A stretch of DNA of 64,000 nucleotides from Parcubacteria group bacterium GW2011_GWA2_51_10 (lineage in GTDB: Bacteria > Patescibacteriota > Minisyncoccia > Phycocordibacterales > UBA2100). The DNA lies in contig LCQS01000001.1 of NCBI GenBank assembly GCA_001004265.1, forward strand, positions 2,324 to 66,323. The letters run 5' to 3'. The notes under the pieces were generated by a model. The model had not been told where the DNA came from. It ran no database searches and worked only from the letters and a program-made list of their open reading frames with translations. Below are positions 18,324 through 30,883 of this stretch, piece by piece. The translations under genes were made by a program, and so were the position numbers. Every line of letters starts with the position of its first letter. The stretch's first letter is position 1.

Positions 18324-18713
18324 ATGCCTGACTCATACGCAAAAGCACTCTGGGTAACGATTCAGCGCGGCGCTAAGTCAAAAGAAGCGGTCGAATCTAT
18401 ACGGCAGATTCTGGAGAGGGATGGCCGGATGGCGCTTCTGCCTCGCATAGTGCGCTCGCTCCAGCGCCACGCTGCGCGGGAAGGGCGTCGCGAAGGCGTA
18501 GTGCTTTCAGTTGCGCGGCAGGAGGATGCGCGACGAGCTCGTAGCGAAATCGGGGGCCTCCTCCCGGAAATGGGTATACGAAAAGATGAGGTTACAACTC
18601 AAATCGATGAACACCTTATTGGCGGATGGCGACTAGAAGGTCGGGATCGGCTCGCCGATGCGAGTTACAAGAAATATCTGCTGGACATGTATAATGCGGC
18701 CACAAAATCATAG
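18324..18713 (+). CDS. atpH: ATP synthase F1 subunit delta (short)
   Basis: [18 protein letters not shown]; synteny. Confidence 0.85.
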   Translation: MPDSYAKALWVTIQRGAKSKEAVESIRQILERDGRMALLPRIVRSLQRHAAREGRREGVVLSVARQEDARRARSEIGGLLPEMGIRKDEVTTQIDEHLIGGWRLEGRDRLADASYKKYLLDMYNAATKS

Positions 18714-18715
18714 CT

Positions 18716-20290
18716 ATGGACTCGAGCGCTGTTGAAAAAATCATAAAGGAGATAGAAGGATACGCGCCGACTGTCGAGCATAGGCATATCGGGCGCGTCA
18801 CGTCAGTCGGCGATGGCGTGGTCGCGATCGATGGCCTTTCAAAAGCCGTCATGAGCGAGATTGTTGAATTTGAGGAAACGGGCAAACGCACTCTTTTGCG
18901 CGCGATGGAAGTGGAAGGGTCTCTATTTGGACTTGTTCTAAATCTTGAAGAGGACGGCGTTCGAGCGGTCATTCTGGGAGACACCGCGCGAGTCTACGAG
19001 GGAATGACAGTTAAATCGACGGGGCGAATACTTTCGGTGCCCGCGAGCGAGGAACTCCTCGGCCGCGTGGTGAATGCTCTTGGCGAGCCGATCGACGGTA
19101 AAAGCGCTTTTTCGAATACGACGATGATGCCCGTTGAGCGACAGGCGGCAGGCGTCATTGATCGCAAGCCCGTTTCTGTTCCGCTACAGACGGGAATCAA
19201 GGCGATAGACTCAATGATTCCGATCGGCCGCGGCCAGCGAGAGCTCATCATCGGCGATCGCGGCACCGGCAAAACGACTGTCGCAATCGACGCCATTATA
19301 AATCAGAAGAATGAGCCGAAAGGGAATCGTCCTGTCTGCATTTATGTCGCTATCGGCCAGAAGGAATCAAAGACCGCGCGCATAGTACAGCAGCTCCGCA
19401 ACGAAGGCGCGCTCGATTACACGATCATCGTAGACGCGCCTGCTTCCGCTCCTGCCGCGCTCCAATTTCTTGCCCCATATTCCGGAGTCGCCATCGGAGA
19501 GTATTTCATGGACCAGGGGAGGGACGTGCTTATTATTTATGACGATCTTTCCAAGCAAGCGGTGGCATACCGAGAACTATCATTACTTCTTCGCCGTCCG
19601 CCGGGACGCGAGGCATATCCGGGCGATATTTTCTATCTGCATTCGCGGCTTTTGGAGCGCGCTGCGCGGCTTTCAGACGAGAAGGGCGGCGGATCCATCA
19701 CCGCGCTTCCGATTATAGAGACACAGGAGGGCGATGTATCCGGCTATATCCCGACGAACGTCATCTCGATCACCGACGGCCAAATGTTCCTTATCACCGA
19801 TCTATTCAACAAGGGAATTCGTCCAGCGATTGACGTGGGCATATCGGTGTCGCGCGTCGGCTCAAATGCGCAAACAAAAGCAATGAAGGCCGTCGCGGGC
19901 GGCCTCAAGCTTGAGCTCGCGCAATTCCGAGAGTTGGAGGCCTTCATGCAATTCGCGCAGGATCTTGATAAGGCGACGGCCGATCGCATCGAATCCGGTA
20001 GGAGGATGGTGGAAGTCTTAAAGCAGAAAAACGGCGCGCCAATTCCAATAGAAAAGCAGATTGCAGTTCTGTATGCGGCAGGGCAGAAGTTTTTCTCTGA
20101 TGTAGCGGTCGCACAGGTGACAAGAGTTGAAGCGAGGCTCATTGAATTTCTCGACGGACAAATCTCGAAAACTCTCGCCGAAATTCGTAAAAGCGGCCAA
20201 CTTTCGGACGCGTCAAAAAAACAACTCGACAAGGCAATTGAAGAATTCCGGCTCGCGCACCCTGAACTCTTTTCACGGACGAAATTGTAA
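18716..20290 (+). CDS. atpA: ATP synthase F1 subunit alpha
   Basis: [27 protein letters not shown]. Confidence 0.98.
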   Translation: MDSSAVEKIIKEIEGYAPTVEHRHIGRVTSVGDGVVAIDGLSKAVMSEIVEFEETGKRTLLRAMEVEGSLFGLVLNLEEDGVRAVILGDTARVYEGMTVKSTGRILSVPASEELLGRVVNALGEPIDGKSAFSNTTMMPVERQAAGVIDRKPVSVPLQTGIKAIDSMIPIGRGQRELIIGDRGTGKTTVAIDAIINQKNEPKGNRPVCIYVAIGQKESKTARIVQQLRNEGALDYTIIVDAPASAPAALQFLAPYSGVAIGEYFMDQGRDVLIIYDDLSKQAVAYRELSLLLRRPPGREAYPGDIFYLHSRLLERAARLSDEKGGGSITALPIIETQEGDVSGYIPTNVISITDGQMFLITDLFNKGIRPAIDVGISVSRVGSNAQTKAMKAVAGGLKLELAQFRELEAFMQFAQDLDKATADRIESGRRMVEVLKQKNGAPIPIEKQIAVLYAAGQKFFSDVAVAQVTRVEARLIEFLDGQISKTLAEIRKSGQLSDASKKQLDKAIEEFRLAHPELFSRTKL

Positions 20291-20356
20291 TTTTTCGACT
20301 GCGCTCAGGGTCTAAGATTTATTAATTTTGCTACGCTCAATAAGTAAATCTAAGAC

Positions 20357-21274
20357 ATGGCCAATCTCAAAAGCATCAAGTCGAAGATTCTTTCCTACAA
20401 AAAAACGGGGACGGTGACGCACGCGATGGAAGCGGTGTCGGCCGTCAAAATGCGCAAGTCGCAAGAGCGCGCACTTTCGATGCGGCCATATGCGCGTGCG
20501 GCTTTGCGTATGCTCGGAAGCGTATCGGGAAGCATCGATGCGCTCCGCCATCCTCTCACGCAAGAGCGAACGGCGGGAAAAGTCGGAATCATCATCATCA
20601 CGAGCGACAAGGGGCTTGCGGGCTCACTCAATTCCGCCGTCATGAGGAAAACGGAGCAGTTTATTCTGGAAGCAAATCTCTCAAGCAACGAGCTCGCGTT
20701 CTTTTGTCTCGGGAAGCGCGGGTATGAATTCGCGCTCCGTCGCGGGTTTGAAGTCATGCATCAGCACACGAACATATCGGATGGCATAGACGAGATAGAG
20801 TTCCACAAGATAACAGACAAAGTTATCGAGCTACAGATGAGTGGAGCTCTGCGCGAGGTGCGCGTCGCATACACTGATTTTCGCTCCACATTCGAGCAGC
20901 AGGCCGCGATGCACAAGATTTTACCGCTTTCGCAAAAAATTATGGAGTATATCGTGAAAGAAATCCCACCTGATAGGGGAAAGTACGCAGAAATGGCGGA
21001 GGAAATCAACGGTGTCCAGAGCTATACAATAGAGCCGGAGCCAGAAGCGGTTCTCGCGGCGCTCCTCCCGAAGCTTGTTAACGTCGCCATTTTTCATAAG
21101 CTCCTCGAGTCGAAGGCGTCGGAACATTCGGCACGCATGGTCGCGATGAAGAATGCCACCGACAAGGCAAGAGAGATGACGCAAAGTCTCACGCGCACGT
21201 TCAACAAAGTTCGGCAGGCAGCGATTACACGCGAGGTATCAGAGATTACAAGCGGAATCGAAGCGATGCGTTAA
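20357..21274 (+). CDS. atpG: ATP synthase F1 subunit gamma
   Basis: SDKGLAGSLN, SEHSARMVAM, RQAAITRE. Confidence 0.97.
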   Translation: MANLKSIKSKILSYKKTGTVTHAMEAVSAVKMRKSQERALSMRPYARAALRMLGSVSGSIDALRHPLTQERTAGKVGIIIITSDKGLAGSLNSAVMRKTEQFILEANLSSNELAFFCLGKRGYEFALRRGFEVMHQHTNISDGIDEIEFHKITDKVIELQMSGALREVRVAYTDFRSTFEQQAAMHKILPLSQKIMEYIVKEIPPDRGKYAEMAEEINGVQSYTIEPEPEAVLAALLPKLVNVAIFHKLLESKASEHSARMVAMKNATDKAREMTQSLTRTFNKVRQAAITREVSEITSGIEAMR

Positions 21275-21275
21275 T

Positions 21276-23136
<1,861 letters not shown>

Positions 23137-23379
23137 ATGGCGACCTTCCATCTCACCATCTCCTCCGTCGGGCAGACGCACTTTGATGGTGAAGCGCGCT
23201 CCGCAACATTCCCGGGAGCCGACGGAGAATTTACGATTCTTCCTAAGCACGAGCCGTTCATCTCGACCCTCAGCTCCGGTACGATCATTGTACGACCCGA
23301 AAATGGCGAGACGCAGGAGTTTTCAAATGACAACGGCGTTTTGGAGTGCTCGTCAAACAAAGTAGTAGTTTTGCTCTAG
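23137..23379 (+). CDS. atpC: ATP synthase epsilon subunit, N-terminal domain only
   Basis: PGADGEFTILPKHEPFIS; 80 aa with no C-terminal helices. Confidence 0.88.
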   Translation: MATFHLTISSVGQTHFDGEARSATFPGADGEFTILPKHEPFISTLSSGTIIVRPENGETQEFSNDNGVLECSSNKVVVLL

Positions 23380-23452
23380 CGAATAGTTCGTGATAATTAG
23401 AGAGGCTAAATATAAGTATTTGACTACTAACTACTTTCTACTAGCTAAGGAA

Positions 23453-23752
23453 ATGAAAAGATTTCAGAGAAGAATCGAAGATTTTGTATGTGCGCATTGT
23501 GGTGTCAAAGTCGTCGGCGATGGGTATACCAATCATTGCCCGCAATGTCTGTGGAGCAAGCACGTTGATATCAACCCGGGTGATCGCGCCGCGACGTGCG
23601 GTGGCCTCATGGAGCCGATTCGTGTCGACGGAGGGTCCGGCGAATACAGACTTGTGCATCTTTGCCATGACTGCGGGATAGAGAGGCGGAATAAGATGGA
23701 GAAAGGGGACGATATCAACGCACTCATTACGCTCGCAGCCGAGCAGGGGTAA
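23453..23752 (+). CDS. RNHCP-domain protein
   Basis: FVCAHCG, TNHCPQCLWSKHVD..PGDRA..CGGLM. Confidence 0.88.
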   Translation: MKRFQRRIEDFVCAHCGVKVVGDGYTNHCPQCLWSKHVDINPGDRAATCGGLMEPIRVDGGSGEYRLVHLCHDCGIERRNKMEKGDDINALITLAAEQG

Positions 23753-23801
23753 TCACCGCGCACTGCTTGCAGGGGCAGGCGATACGTGGCATCGTCAAGG
23801 C

Positions 23802-24359
23802 ATGGCCGGCGGTGGAGAAGACGGCGGGCATGCCCCCGGAGGGCCTCCGTGGCCGTCCGTATCTCACTATTACGGCGACTTCGTAAGGCAATTGCTTGTC
23901 GGCGCGGCTGCGCTCATTGTTATTGGTGCGCCTTTCTATGCCGATTCACTACGCGCAGAGCTGCCATTTGAAGTCGTAGGCGCGCTTATTCTCGTGGCAC
24001 TCGCGGCAGTTACTAATCCGTGGAATCGGAATGTCATTGTTGCGGACGCCATTGCAAGCGGAGTCGGGATGGCAGTATTCCAAACATGGGCGCTCTCCGG
24101 TTATGACGCTGCAGGGCCTATAGCATTCGTCTTGCGCCAAGCACTCGCAATTTTGTTCTTGGTTGCGTTTTATTTCAGCGTGAAGACGTTGCGTGCGATG
24201 ATTCTGCGCCAGATCGGAAAAAAGGACAGACCCGATGAGTTCCAGGAGTCGGAACGTCAAAGAAAAATAGACATTCTCTCGCATTTTTATAAGGAGGATA
24301 AGAGCGAAAAATCACGGAGAAAAAAGGAAATTCATCCCATAGACAAGGAGGGTGATTAA
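23802..24359 (+). CDS. Hypothetical 4-TM membrane protein
   Basis: Four hydrophobic segments, charged C-terminal tail. Confidence 0.65.
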   Translation: MAGGGEDGGHAPGGPPWPSVSHYYGDFVRQLLVGAAALIVIGAPFYADSLRAELPFEVVGALILVALAAVTNPWNRNVIVADAIASGVGMAVFQTWALSGYDAAGPIAFVLRQALAILFLVAFYFSVKTLRAMILRQIGKKDRPDEFQESERQRKIDILSHFYKEDKSEKSRRKKEIHPIDKEGD

Positions 24360-24422
24360 GGAGCAGTTTGTGGTTAGCGGTTCTTAGTTATTAGTAAACG
24401 CCCGCAGCATCACGCATGCACT

Positions 24423-25046
24423 ATGAAATTCCATGACGCTGTGCTGACAAAAAAGAACAGACCGAAAGTGCACCGGCGCCGGTGGGGCGTCACCCTCGGG
24501 GAAGCTCGCCGCGTGTTCGTAGGCATACGTGTCGAGGGCGATGCCGCAGACACGATCGCGACACTTCAGGAAGGTCTTCCGTCGATTCCAATGCGCGTTA
24601 TTCCGAAGCGCGATTTGCATCTTACGCTCGTGCCCCCGTGGCTCGAAAGAGATATTCCTAGCGCTTCGAAGCGCCTACGCGATGCGATCGAGCGGCCGTT
24701 CGCGTTTCCACTGAAATTTAAGTACCTCGAATATGGCCCGAGCTCCGATGCGCCGTTTCTTATCTGGATAACATGCGATGCATCAAAGAAACTCCTTGAA
24801 CTGAAGAAGCGGCTTCTTAAAGCACTCGGCAAAAAAGAAGAAGTTCCATTCATTCCTCACGTGACGGTCGCGCGTCTACGCGGTTCCTTCGCTAATTCAT
24901 TCAAGAATCATCATCTTGGCAAACGTGTTCCGCTCACGATGACAGTTAATGCGCTCGAGCTTCTTGGAAGCCCGCATCGAGGCGGAATTGGCTACGAAAC
25001 TCTAGAGAAAATTTCTTTGCACCGCGAGGAAGAAACGCCTCGATAA
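24423..25046 (+). CDS. thpR: RNA 2',3'-cyclic phosphodiesterase (2H family)
   Basis: Two HxT motifs (HLTL, PHVTV), RVFVGI start. Confidence 0.85.
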   Translation: MKFHDAVLTKKNRPKVHRRRWGVTLGEARRVFVGIRVEGDAADTIATLQEGLPSIPMRVIPKRDLHLTLVPPWLERDIPSASKRLRDAIERPFAFPLKFKYLEYGPSSDAPFLIWITCDASKKLLELKKRLLKALGKKEEVPFIPHVTVARLRGSFANSFKNHHLGKRVPLTMTVNALELLGSPHRGGIGYETLEKISLHREEETPR

Positions 25047-25325
25047 ACTGTTGTCCAAGGACTCTCCTTGGACATACTTTAGCTACGCTGGGTAGACATT
25101 TTCTGGTACGATGGCTCGATTATGGGTTTGTCTACCGGCATAGAGTGAATCTGCCCCAACATATAACCTCAAGCGTGATATCGTTCGTCCTCATCATCAA
25201 GCTCCCATCACTGCAAAGAAAGGGAGTAGACTATGGTTTTTTGCCCGGTTAGAATGTGCCCCCGAAAGGAAAGCGAAGCTAGGTAATCTAGATATTTTTC
25301 TGCAGCGGTGCAGCTTCGGCACGTG

Positions 25326-25355
25326 TTGACAAGATTGATTAAGAAGGCATATAGT
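25326..25355 (+). promoter_or_regulatory. Sigma70-like promoter of the S8 gene
   Basis: TTGACA (25326-25331), 18 nt, TATAGT (25350-25355). Confidence 0.55.
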
Positions 25356-25423
25356 GCGCATCGGTTTGGCAAATTTGCCCATTTATCGCTCAGCCTGGAT
25401 TTATTCATCGGTCGCTACATTAC

Positions 25424-28400
25424 ATGAGAAAAACATTCAGAGGATTGGCGGTTGTTATCGCAATGTCGATGTTTGCGCAGCCCGTGTTCGCCATCACGGT
25501 GTCAGATATACCCGCGGCTCTCACGAAGCAGAACAAAGTGCACAAAAGTGAGATATCCTCAACTCCTGCTTCATTCTCCAAGCAAGCATTGAAATCAAAC
25601 ACGCAGAAAGACCTGGCTGTATCGACGCTCACGGCACAAACATCTGACAAAGTGCACCCGGCCTACGTAGAGGGCGAGATCATTGTGAAGTTCAGAGAAA
25701 ATCGTGTCGACCTCAAGAAAGCAGCAGGCGTTTCGCGGTCAACCCAGTTCGCCACGCGGCAAAATCTATCTTTTAAAGAGAATATCCGCCGTGCGAACCT
25801 TACAGTGCTCAAGACGAAGGGGAAGGAAACAACTGATCAGGCTATCGCACGTCTAAAAAACGATCCAGACGTGGAATATGTACAGCCGAATTATCAGTAT
25901 TATCGTCTTGCGGAAGGAGGCGGCGGCTCTATAAATGATGCATCTTACGGAGAGCAGTGGGCACTCGAAAACATAGGACAGACAGTCAACGGCGCAGCCG
26001 GGACAAATGACGCTGATATTGACGCAAACGAATCATGGGATATTACGGATGGAGAGGATGTAATCGTTGCCATAATTGATAGCGGAGTGGCGTATAACCA
26101 TCCAGACCTATTGCAGAATATGTGGGATGGCGACGAGTGCGTTGATGAAAACGGATCAGTACTTGACGAATGCAATCATGGATATGATTTTGAAGACGAC
26201 GATAAAACGCCACTGCCTACCTCGAGCAGCCACGGCACGCATATCGCAGGTATCATAGCGGCGCGAAAAAATAACAGTGTCGGAATTGTCGGAGTTGCGC
26301 CCAGTGCAAAAATCATGGCCCTAAAGTCTTCGTTAACAACCGCGCAGAACGTCGCGGCGATAAATTTTGCAAAACAGAATGGAGCAAAAGCGATAAATGC
26401 AAGTTGGGCATGTTGGGGAGATGGTGGTACGGACCCTGCCACGGCTTGCGCCACATTTGAGGAACTTGACTACCGTGATCAAGCGCTTACAGATGCTATC
26501 GCTGGTTTTCCGGGTTTGTTTATCGCTGCCGCAGGCAATGGTGGCGGCGACGCCGATTTAGATGGTGACAACCACGATTCCGGACAAACTCTTCATGCGT
26601 ATCCGTGCGATCTGACGCTTCCCAATATCATCTGTGTGGCAGCTACGGATCAGGATGATGTCATGGCCTTTTTCTCTGATTTCGGGACCGTGTCCATCGA
26701 CCTTGGCGCGCCGGGGGTGAATATTCTGAGTACTATCGCGGATTCGACCGTGATGACAGAGAATTTCAACAGCGTTACGACACCGAGTCTGCCAAGCGGA
26801 TGGGAAAAAACCGGTGATTGGGGAACACATGACTTTTCTGGCAACAAGGTCCTTTATTCCGACCTTGCCGTACCGTATGCAAATAATGCAAACAGTGTTG
26901 CTACAAGTCCGAGTATTGATCTCGCGGGAGCGGCGAGTGCAATGGTCAGTTTCGTAACCCAGTGTGATACGCAATACTCGCCCACGGAGTGGACGGATTA
27001 CATGCAGTTGAAATACAGCGGTGACGGCGTTAATTTCGTCCCGGTACCAGTGGTACTTGGCGAATCGAGATGGGATGAATCGCTCCTGGACTTGCTCAAC
27101 GGCGACTCTGACCCCTCCGGTGGAGCCCTCTTTATTTTCTCTGAAGTGCAGCTCCCAGGGCCGTTCAGTGCAAGCTCGAAGCTGCAGTTTGGCTGGATAA
27201 CGAATGGCTCTGATAATGATTATGACGCATGCTTTATAGATGATCTTGTCGTCACTAAGATCTCCGACGGTTCGGATGGACTTTACGACTATAAATCTGG
27301 CACCTCTATGGCAACGCCGCACGTCGCGGGTGTTGCCGCGCAGGTGTATGCGCTGCGACCAGACTTCACTACCGCGCAAGTAAAAGATGTAATTCTTGCT
27401 AGCGGTGATGCTAACGCGTCGCTTGTCGGAAAGACGGTGATGGGCAAGCGTCTGAACGCCTTCGCCGCGCTTGATACTTCAAACAATAGCACGCTTATCG
27501 TGAAGAAAGTCGTTGTGAACGACGACGGTGGCACTGCCGCGACCAGCACCTTCGCTTTCAAGGTGAACCATGGTGACAGTCAGTCGTTCGAAGAAGATGG
27601 ACAGAACGAGCTCACACTTGATGCCGGCACATACACGGTCACTGAAGTCGAGGCTACGGGCTACACGCCTACGTATCTCGACTGTACAGATATTGTGCTC
27701 GCATCTGGGGAGACGAAGACCTGCACCATTACCAACGATGACGTAGAGGTTCCCGACACCACGCCGCCGGTAATAAATCTCACAGGCGAGACGACTATCG
27801 ATCTCATTGTCGGCGCAGAATTCAGTGACCCAGGATTCGAAGCAATCGATGACGTTGACGGCGATATCTCGGCGAATGTCGCGAAAGGTGGCGATACTGT
27901 CGACACAGCCACACCAGGCACATACGTCATCACATACAACGTTTCAGACTCTGCAGGAAATGCCGCGGAAGAAAAAATCCGTACCGTGAATGTCTCGGAC
28001 GTTGAAGCTCCGACGTTCAGCGGTGTGCCGGAGAATCAGAATGTAGAAGCAACGTCTGCGGCAGGTGCTGTTGTGACCTACACATTTCCCACAGCGACCG
28101 ACGACGTAGACGAAAGCGTAACAGTAACGTGTGCGCCCGAAAGCGGAACAACGTTCGCGATGGGCACGACGGTCGTCGAGTGCTCTGCCTCCGATAGCGC
28201 GGGCAACGACGCATCGATGTCATTCAATGTTGTCGTCGCTGACACGACAGACCCGGAGATATCGAATATGCCAGAAAATCAGACGATAGAGATAACCGAG
28301 GGCGATAGCTCAACCGCATCTTACTCTTCGCCGACGGCAACAGATAACATCGATGGCTCGGTAAGCGTTTCGTGCTCGCCAGAATCAGGAGCGACCTTTG

Positions 28401-30718
28401 CTCTCGGTGCAACAAGCGTGCGGTGTTCGGCGACGGACTCTGCTGGCAACGAGACGATTGCGTCGTTCACGATAGAAGTTGTTCTCGTCGACGAAACTTC
28501 GCCAGTCATTACCCTCAATGGCGAATCAACGATAACGCTCGAGCTTGGCGACCTATTTACTGATCCCGGAGCGACTGCGACAGACAACGTCAACGGAAAT
28601 CTCACCGATGAGATAGTTGTCGGTGGCGATACCGTAGATACGAACACGCCCGGCACATACACCATTACGTACAATGTCTCCGACGCGGCAGGCAATGTGG
28701 CGGCTGAGCAGACGCGTACCGTGACGGTCTTGCCCGCGCCTCCTTCCGATCTCACCACGCTCACAGCTACTATTGATGAAGCGCAGACGCTCCACGATGG
28801 TGCGACAGAGGGCGACGCCCCGGGGCAGTATCCGACTGGCTCAAGGGCCACACTTCAGGCGGCGATAGATGAGGCGAGCCTCATCACAACCGCAGGCAGT
28901 CAATCCGAAGTCGACACCGCGGTTGTTGTACTTGAGACGGCGATCACGACCTTTGAGGAATCGGTGATAGGCCTGTCGGATCTCACCGCACTTGCGGCCC
29001 TCATTGAAGAGGCCGAAGCAATAGCAGATGATGCCGTCGTAGGCGAGGACCCCGGAGAATATTCGCAGGCGTCGCTCGACACTTTCAACACGGCTATCGC
29101 GGAGGCGCAGGCGGTCGATAACACCGTGGCACAATCGACGGTAGATGCTGCAGTCGCCAGTCTTAACGACGCGGTCGACACGTTTGAGGCGAGTGTAGTT
29201 CCGACTCCTGACGCAACCGCTCCGATAATCACGCTACTCGGTAGCGCAACCACAAGCGTTGCGCTCGGCAACATATTCGCCGATCCCGGCGCAACAGCGA
29301 ATGACGATGTCGATGGTGCCGTAACACCGGTCGTGAGCGGCAGCGTCGATACCAACGCAGTCGGCACATACGCGCTCACTTATACGGCGACGGATGCGGC
29401 GGGCAACACTTCTTCGGTCGTTCGGAATGTGATCGTTTCAGCAACATCTCTTGAGATTGACACTACAAGCAGCGGAGACACACAGACTGGAACGCTTTCG
29501 AATGCTGCGACGATAGCTACGACAACGCCGAGTGGGAATGTGACTATCGCAATGCCCGCTAATCTTACGGTCTCTGGGCCGGCAGGATGGGATGGCACCA
29601 TCGATCTTCCGACATCGGTAACGACGACCGTGGTACCTGTTGCTGATTCTGGCAGTACAGCGACTTCCGTAAGCTCCATTGAAATAGGTTTCGGTACGAC
29701 CACTCTCACATTCGATAAGGGTGTACGTATACATTTTGCGGGTCGGGCTGGAAATCTTATTGGTTACTCGCATGGTGCGGATACATTCACAGCGATAACG
29801 AGTACGTGTAGCGGGGACAGCCAGACAGTCGGCGACGCGCTCGCTGCAGGAAGTGACTGCAAGATCAGCGTCGGTAGTGATCTCATCGTCTGGACGAAGC
29901 ACTTCAGCACATTTACGACCTATACACAGACTGCCATCCCTACCCCGACTCCTTCTCCCGCCCCATCGAGCGGCGGCGGAGGAGGTGGAGGCGGCGGCGA
30001 AGGAGGCATCTCATACACGTATTCTGTGACCATCAATAATGGTGCTGTAGAGGCGACGTCGACAGCCGTTTCACTCGCAGTCGCACCTGCTAACGCCAAC
30101 CAAATGCAGATCTCGAACACGTCTGAATTTGCGAGCTCAACGTGGCTACCATTCCAGAATACGTATCCGTGGGCGCTCGCACCGGGCGCGGGAGTTAAGA
30201 CTGTATATGTTCGCTATGGTAACAATGGTTCTGTTATCGCAAATGCGCAGGACAGCATCACGCTCGTAGGGGGTGCGGTTCTCGGAGCACAGACCCAAAC
30301 ACAGCAGTCGGTACCGCAGGGATTGATAGGGGTGGGAGGCGGACAGGTGCTTGGTGCATCCGTCTACAACTTTACAAAAATGCTTCAACGCGGATCGAGA
30401 GGTCGGGATGTCGAGGAACTTCAGAAGATCCTGATCGCTGCTGGGTACCTGGATATCGAAGCGCCGACAGCTTTTTTCGGCGTCATGACGGAAGCGGCAG
30501 TCAAAGCGTACCAAGAAGCGAACGGGCTTGAGCAGGTAGGCGTTGTTGGTCCTAAAACCCGAGCCCTACTCAACAAAGGTACATCATCGAAAATGCCTTT
30601 CGCCGCACCTTCCGCAATTACAGACGAACAGCGCGATCTTTTAATCGTAGAACTCATGGCAAAAGTACGAGAACTCACAGCGAAACTTGAAGCATTGAAA
30701 GCGCAACAATTACAGTGA
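25424..30718 (+). CDS. Large secreted S8 subtilase with Ig-like (DUF5011/HYR-like), FIVAR-like and peptidoglycan-binding modules
   Basis: Signal peptide; triad IIDSG, HGTHIAG, SGTSMATP; repeated DTTPPVI.L.G...DPG..A.D..DG and ATD..D...V.C.PESG.TF..G.T.V.CSA units; C-terminal GSRGRDVEELQ..L...GY...FG..T.AAV.AYQ. Confidence 0.9.
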   Translation: MRKTFRGLAVVIAMSMFAQPVFAITVSDIPAALTKQNKVHKSEISSTPASFSKQALKSNTQKDLAVSTLTAQTSDKVHPAYVEGEIIVKFRENRVDLKKAAGVSRSTQFATRQNLSFKENIRRANLTVLKTKGKETTDQAIARLKNDPDVEYVQPNYQYYRLAEGGGGSINDASYGEQWALENIGQTVNGAAGTNDADIDANESWDITDGEDVIVAIIDSGVAYNHPDLLQNMWDGDECVDENGSVLDECNHGYDFEDDDKTPLPTSSSHGTHIAGIIAARKNNSVGIVGVAPSAKIMALKSSLTTAQNVAAINFAKQNGAKAINASWACWGDGGTDPATACATFEELDYRDQALTDAIAGFPGLFIAAAGNGGGDADLDGDNHDSGQTLHAYPCDLTLPNIICVAATDQDDVMAFFSDFGTVSIDLGAPGVNILSTIADSTVMTENFNSVTTPSLPSGWEKTGDWGTHDFSGNKVLYSDLAVPYANNANSVATSPSIDLAGAASAMVSFVTQCDTQYSPTEWTDYMQLKYSGDGVNFVPVPVVLGESRWDESLLDLLNGDSDPSGGALFIFSEVQLPGPFSASSKLQFGWITNGSDNDYDACFIDDLVVTKISDGSDGLYDYKSGTSMATPHVAGVAAQVYALRPDFTTAQVKDVILASGDANASLVGKTVMGKRLNAFAALDTSNNSTLIVKKVVVNDDGGTAATSTFAFKVNHGDSQSFEEDGQNELTLDAGTYTVTEVEATGYTPTYLDCTDIVLASGETKTCTITNDDVEVPDTTPPVINLTGETTIDLIVGAEFSDPGFEAIDDVDGDISANVAKGGDTVDTATPGTYVITYNVSDSAGNAAEEKIRTVNVSDVEAPTFSGVPENQNVEATSAAGAVVTYTFPTATDDVDESVTVTCAPESGTTFAMGTTVVECSASDSAGNDASMSFNVVVADTTDPEISNMPENQTIEITEGDSSTASYSSPTATDNIDGSVSVSCSPESGATFALGATSVRCSATDSAGNETIASFTIEVVLVDETSPVITLNGESTITLELGDLFTDPGATATDNVNGNLTDEIVVGGDTVDTNTPGTYTITYNVSDAAGNVAAEQTRTVTVLPAPPSDLTTLTATIDEAQTLHDGATEGDAPGQYPTGSRATLQAAIDEASLITTAGSQSEVDTAVVVLETAITTFEESVIGLSDLTALAALIEEAEAIADDAVVGEDPGEYSQASLDTFNTAIAEAQAVDNTVAQSTVDAAVASLNDAVDTFEASVVPTPDATAPIITLLGSATTSVALGNIFADPGATANDDVDGAVTPVVSGSVDTNAVGTYALTYTATDAAGNTSSVVRNVIVSATSLEIDTTSSGDTQTGTLSNAATIATTTPSGNVTIAMPANLTVSGPAGWDGTIDLPTSVTTTVVPVADSGSTATSVSSIEIGFGTTTLTFDKGVRIHFAGRAGNLIGYSHGADTFTAITSTCSGDSQTVGDALAAGSDCKISVGSDLIVWTKHFSTFTTYTQTAIPTPTPSPAPSSGGGGGGGGGEGGISYTYSVTINNGAVEATSTAVSLAVAPANANQMQISNTSEFASSTWLPFQNTYPWALAPGAGVKTVYVRYGNNGSVIANAQDSITLVGGAVLGAQTQTQQSVPQGLIGVGGGQVLGASVYNFTKMLQRGSRGRDVEELQKILIAAGYLDIEAPTAFFGVMTEAAVKAYQEANGLEQVGVVGPKTRALLNKGTSSKMPFAAPSAITDEQRDLLIVELMAKVRELTAKLEALKAQQLQ

Positions 30719-30883
30719 AATTCGACCCGATGAATATCAGGCAATCGCCAGGTAGACTTGTTGCCTCAAGTTCACAAAGACCATCAAGCGGCATGGACTT
30801 TTGCGGCTAATTTGTAGGGTTGCGAACGAAATCGCGGATACTCAGTCATTTACAGGTTTAGGGGCGTGTTACTGTACTTAGTC

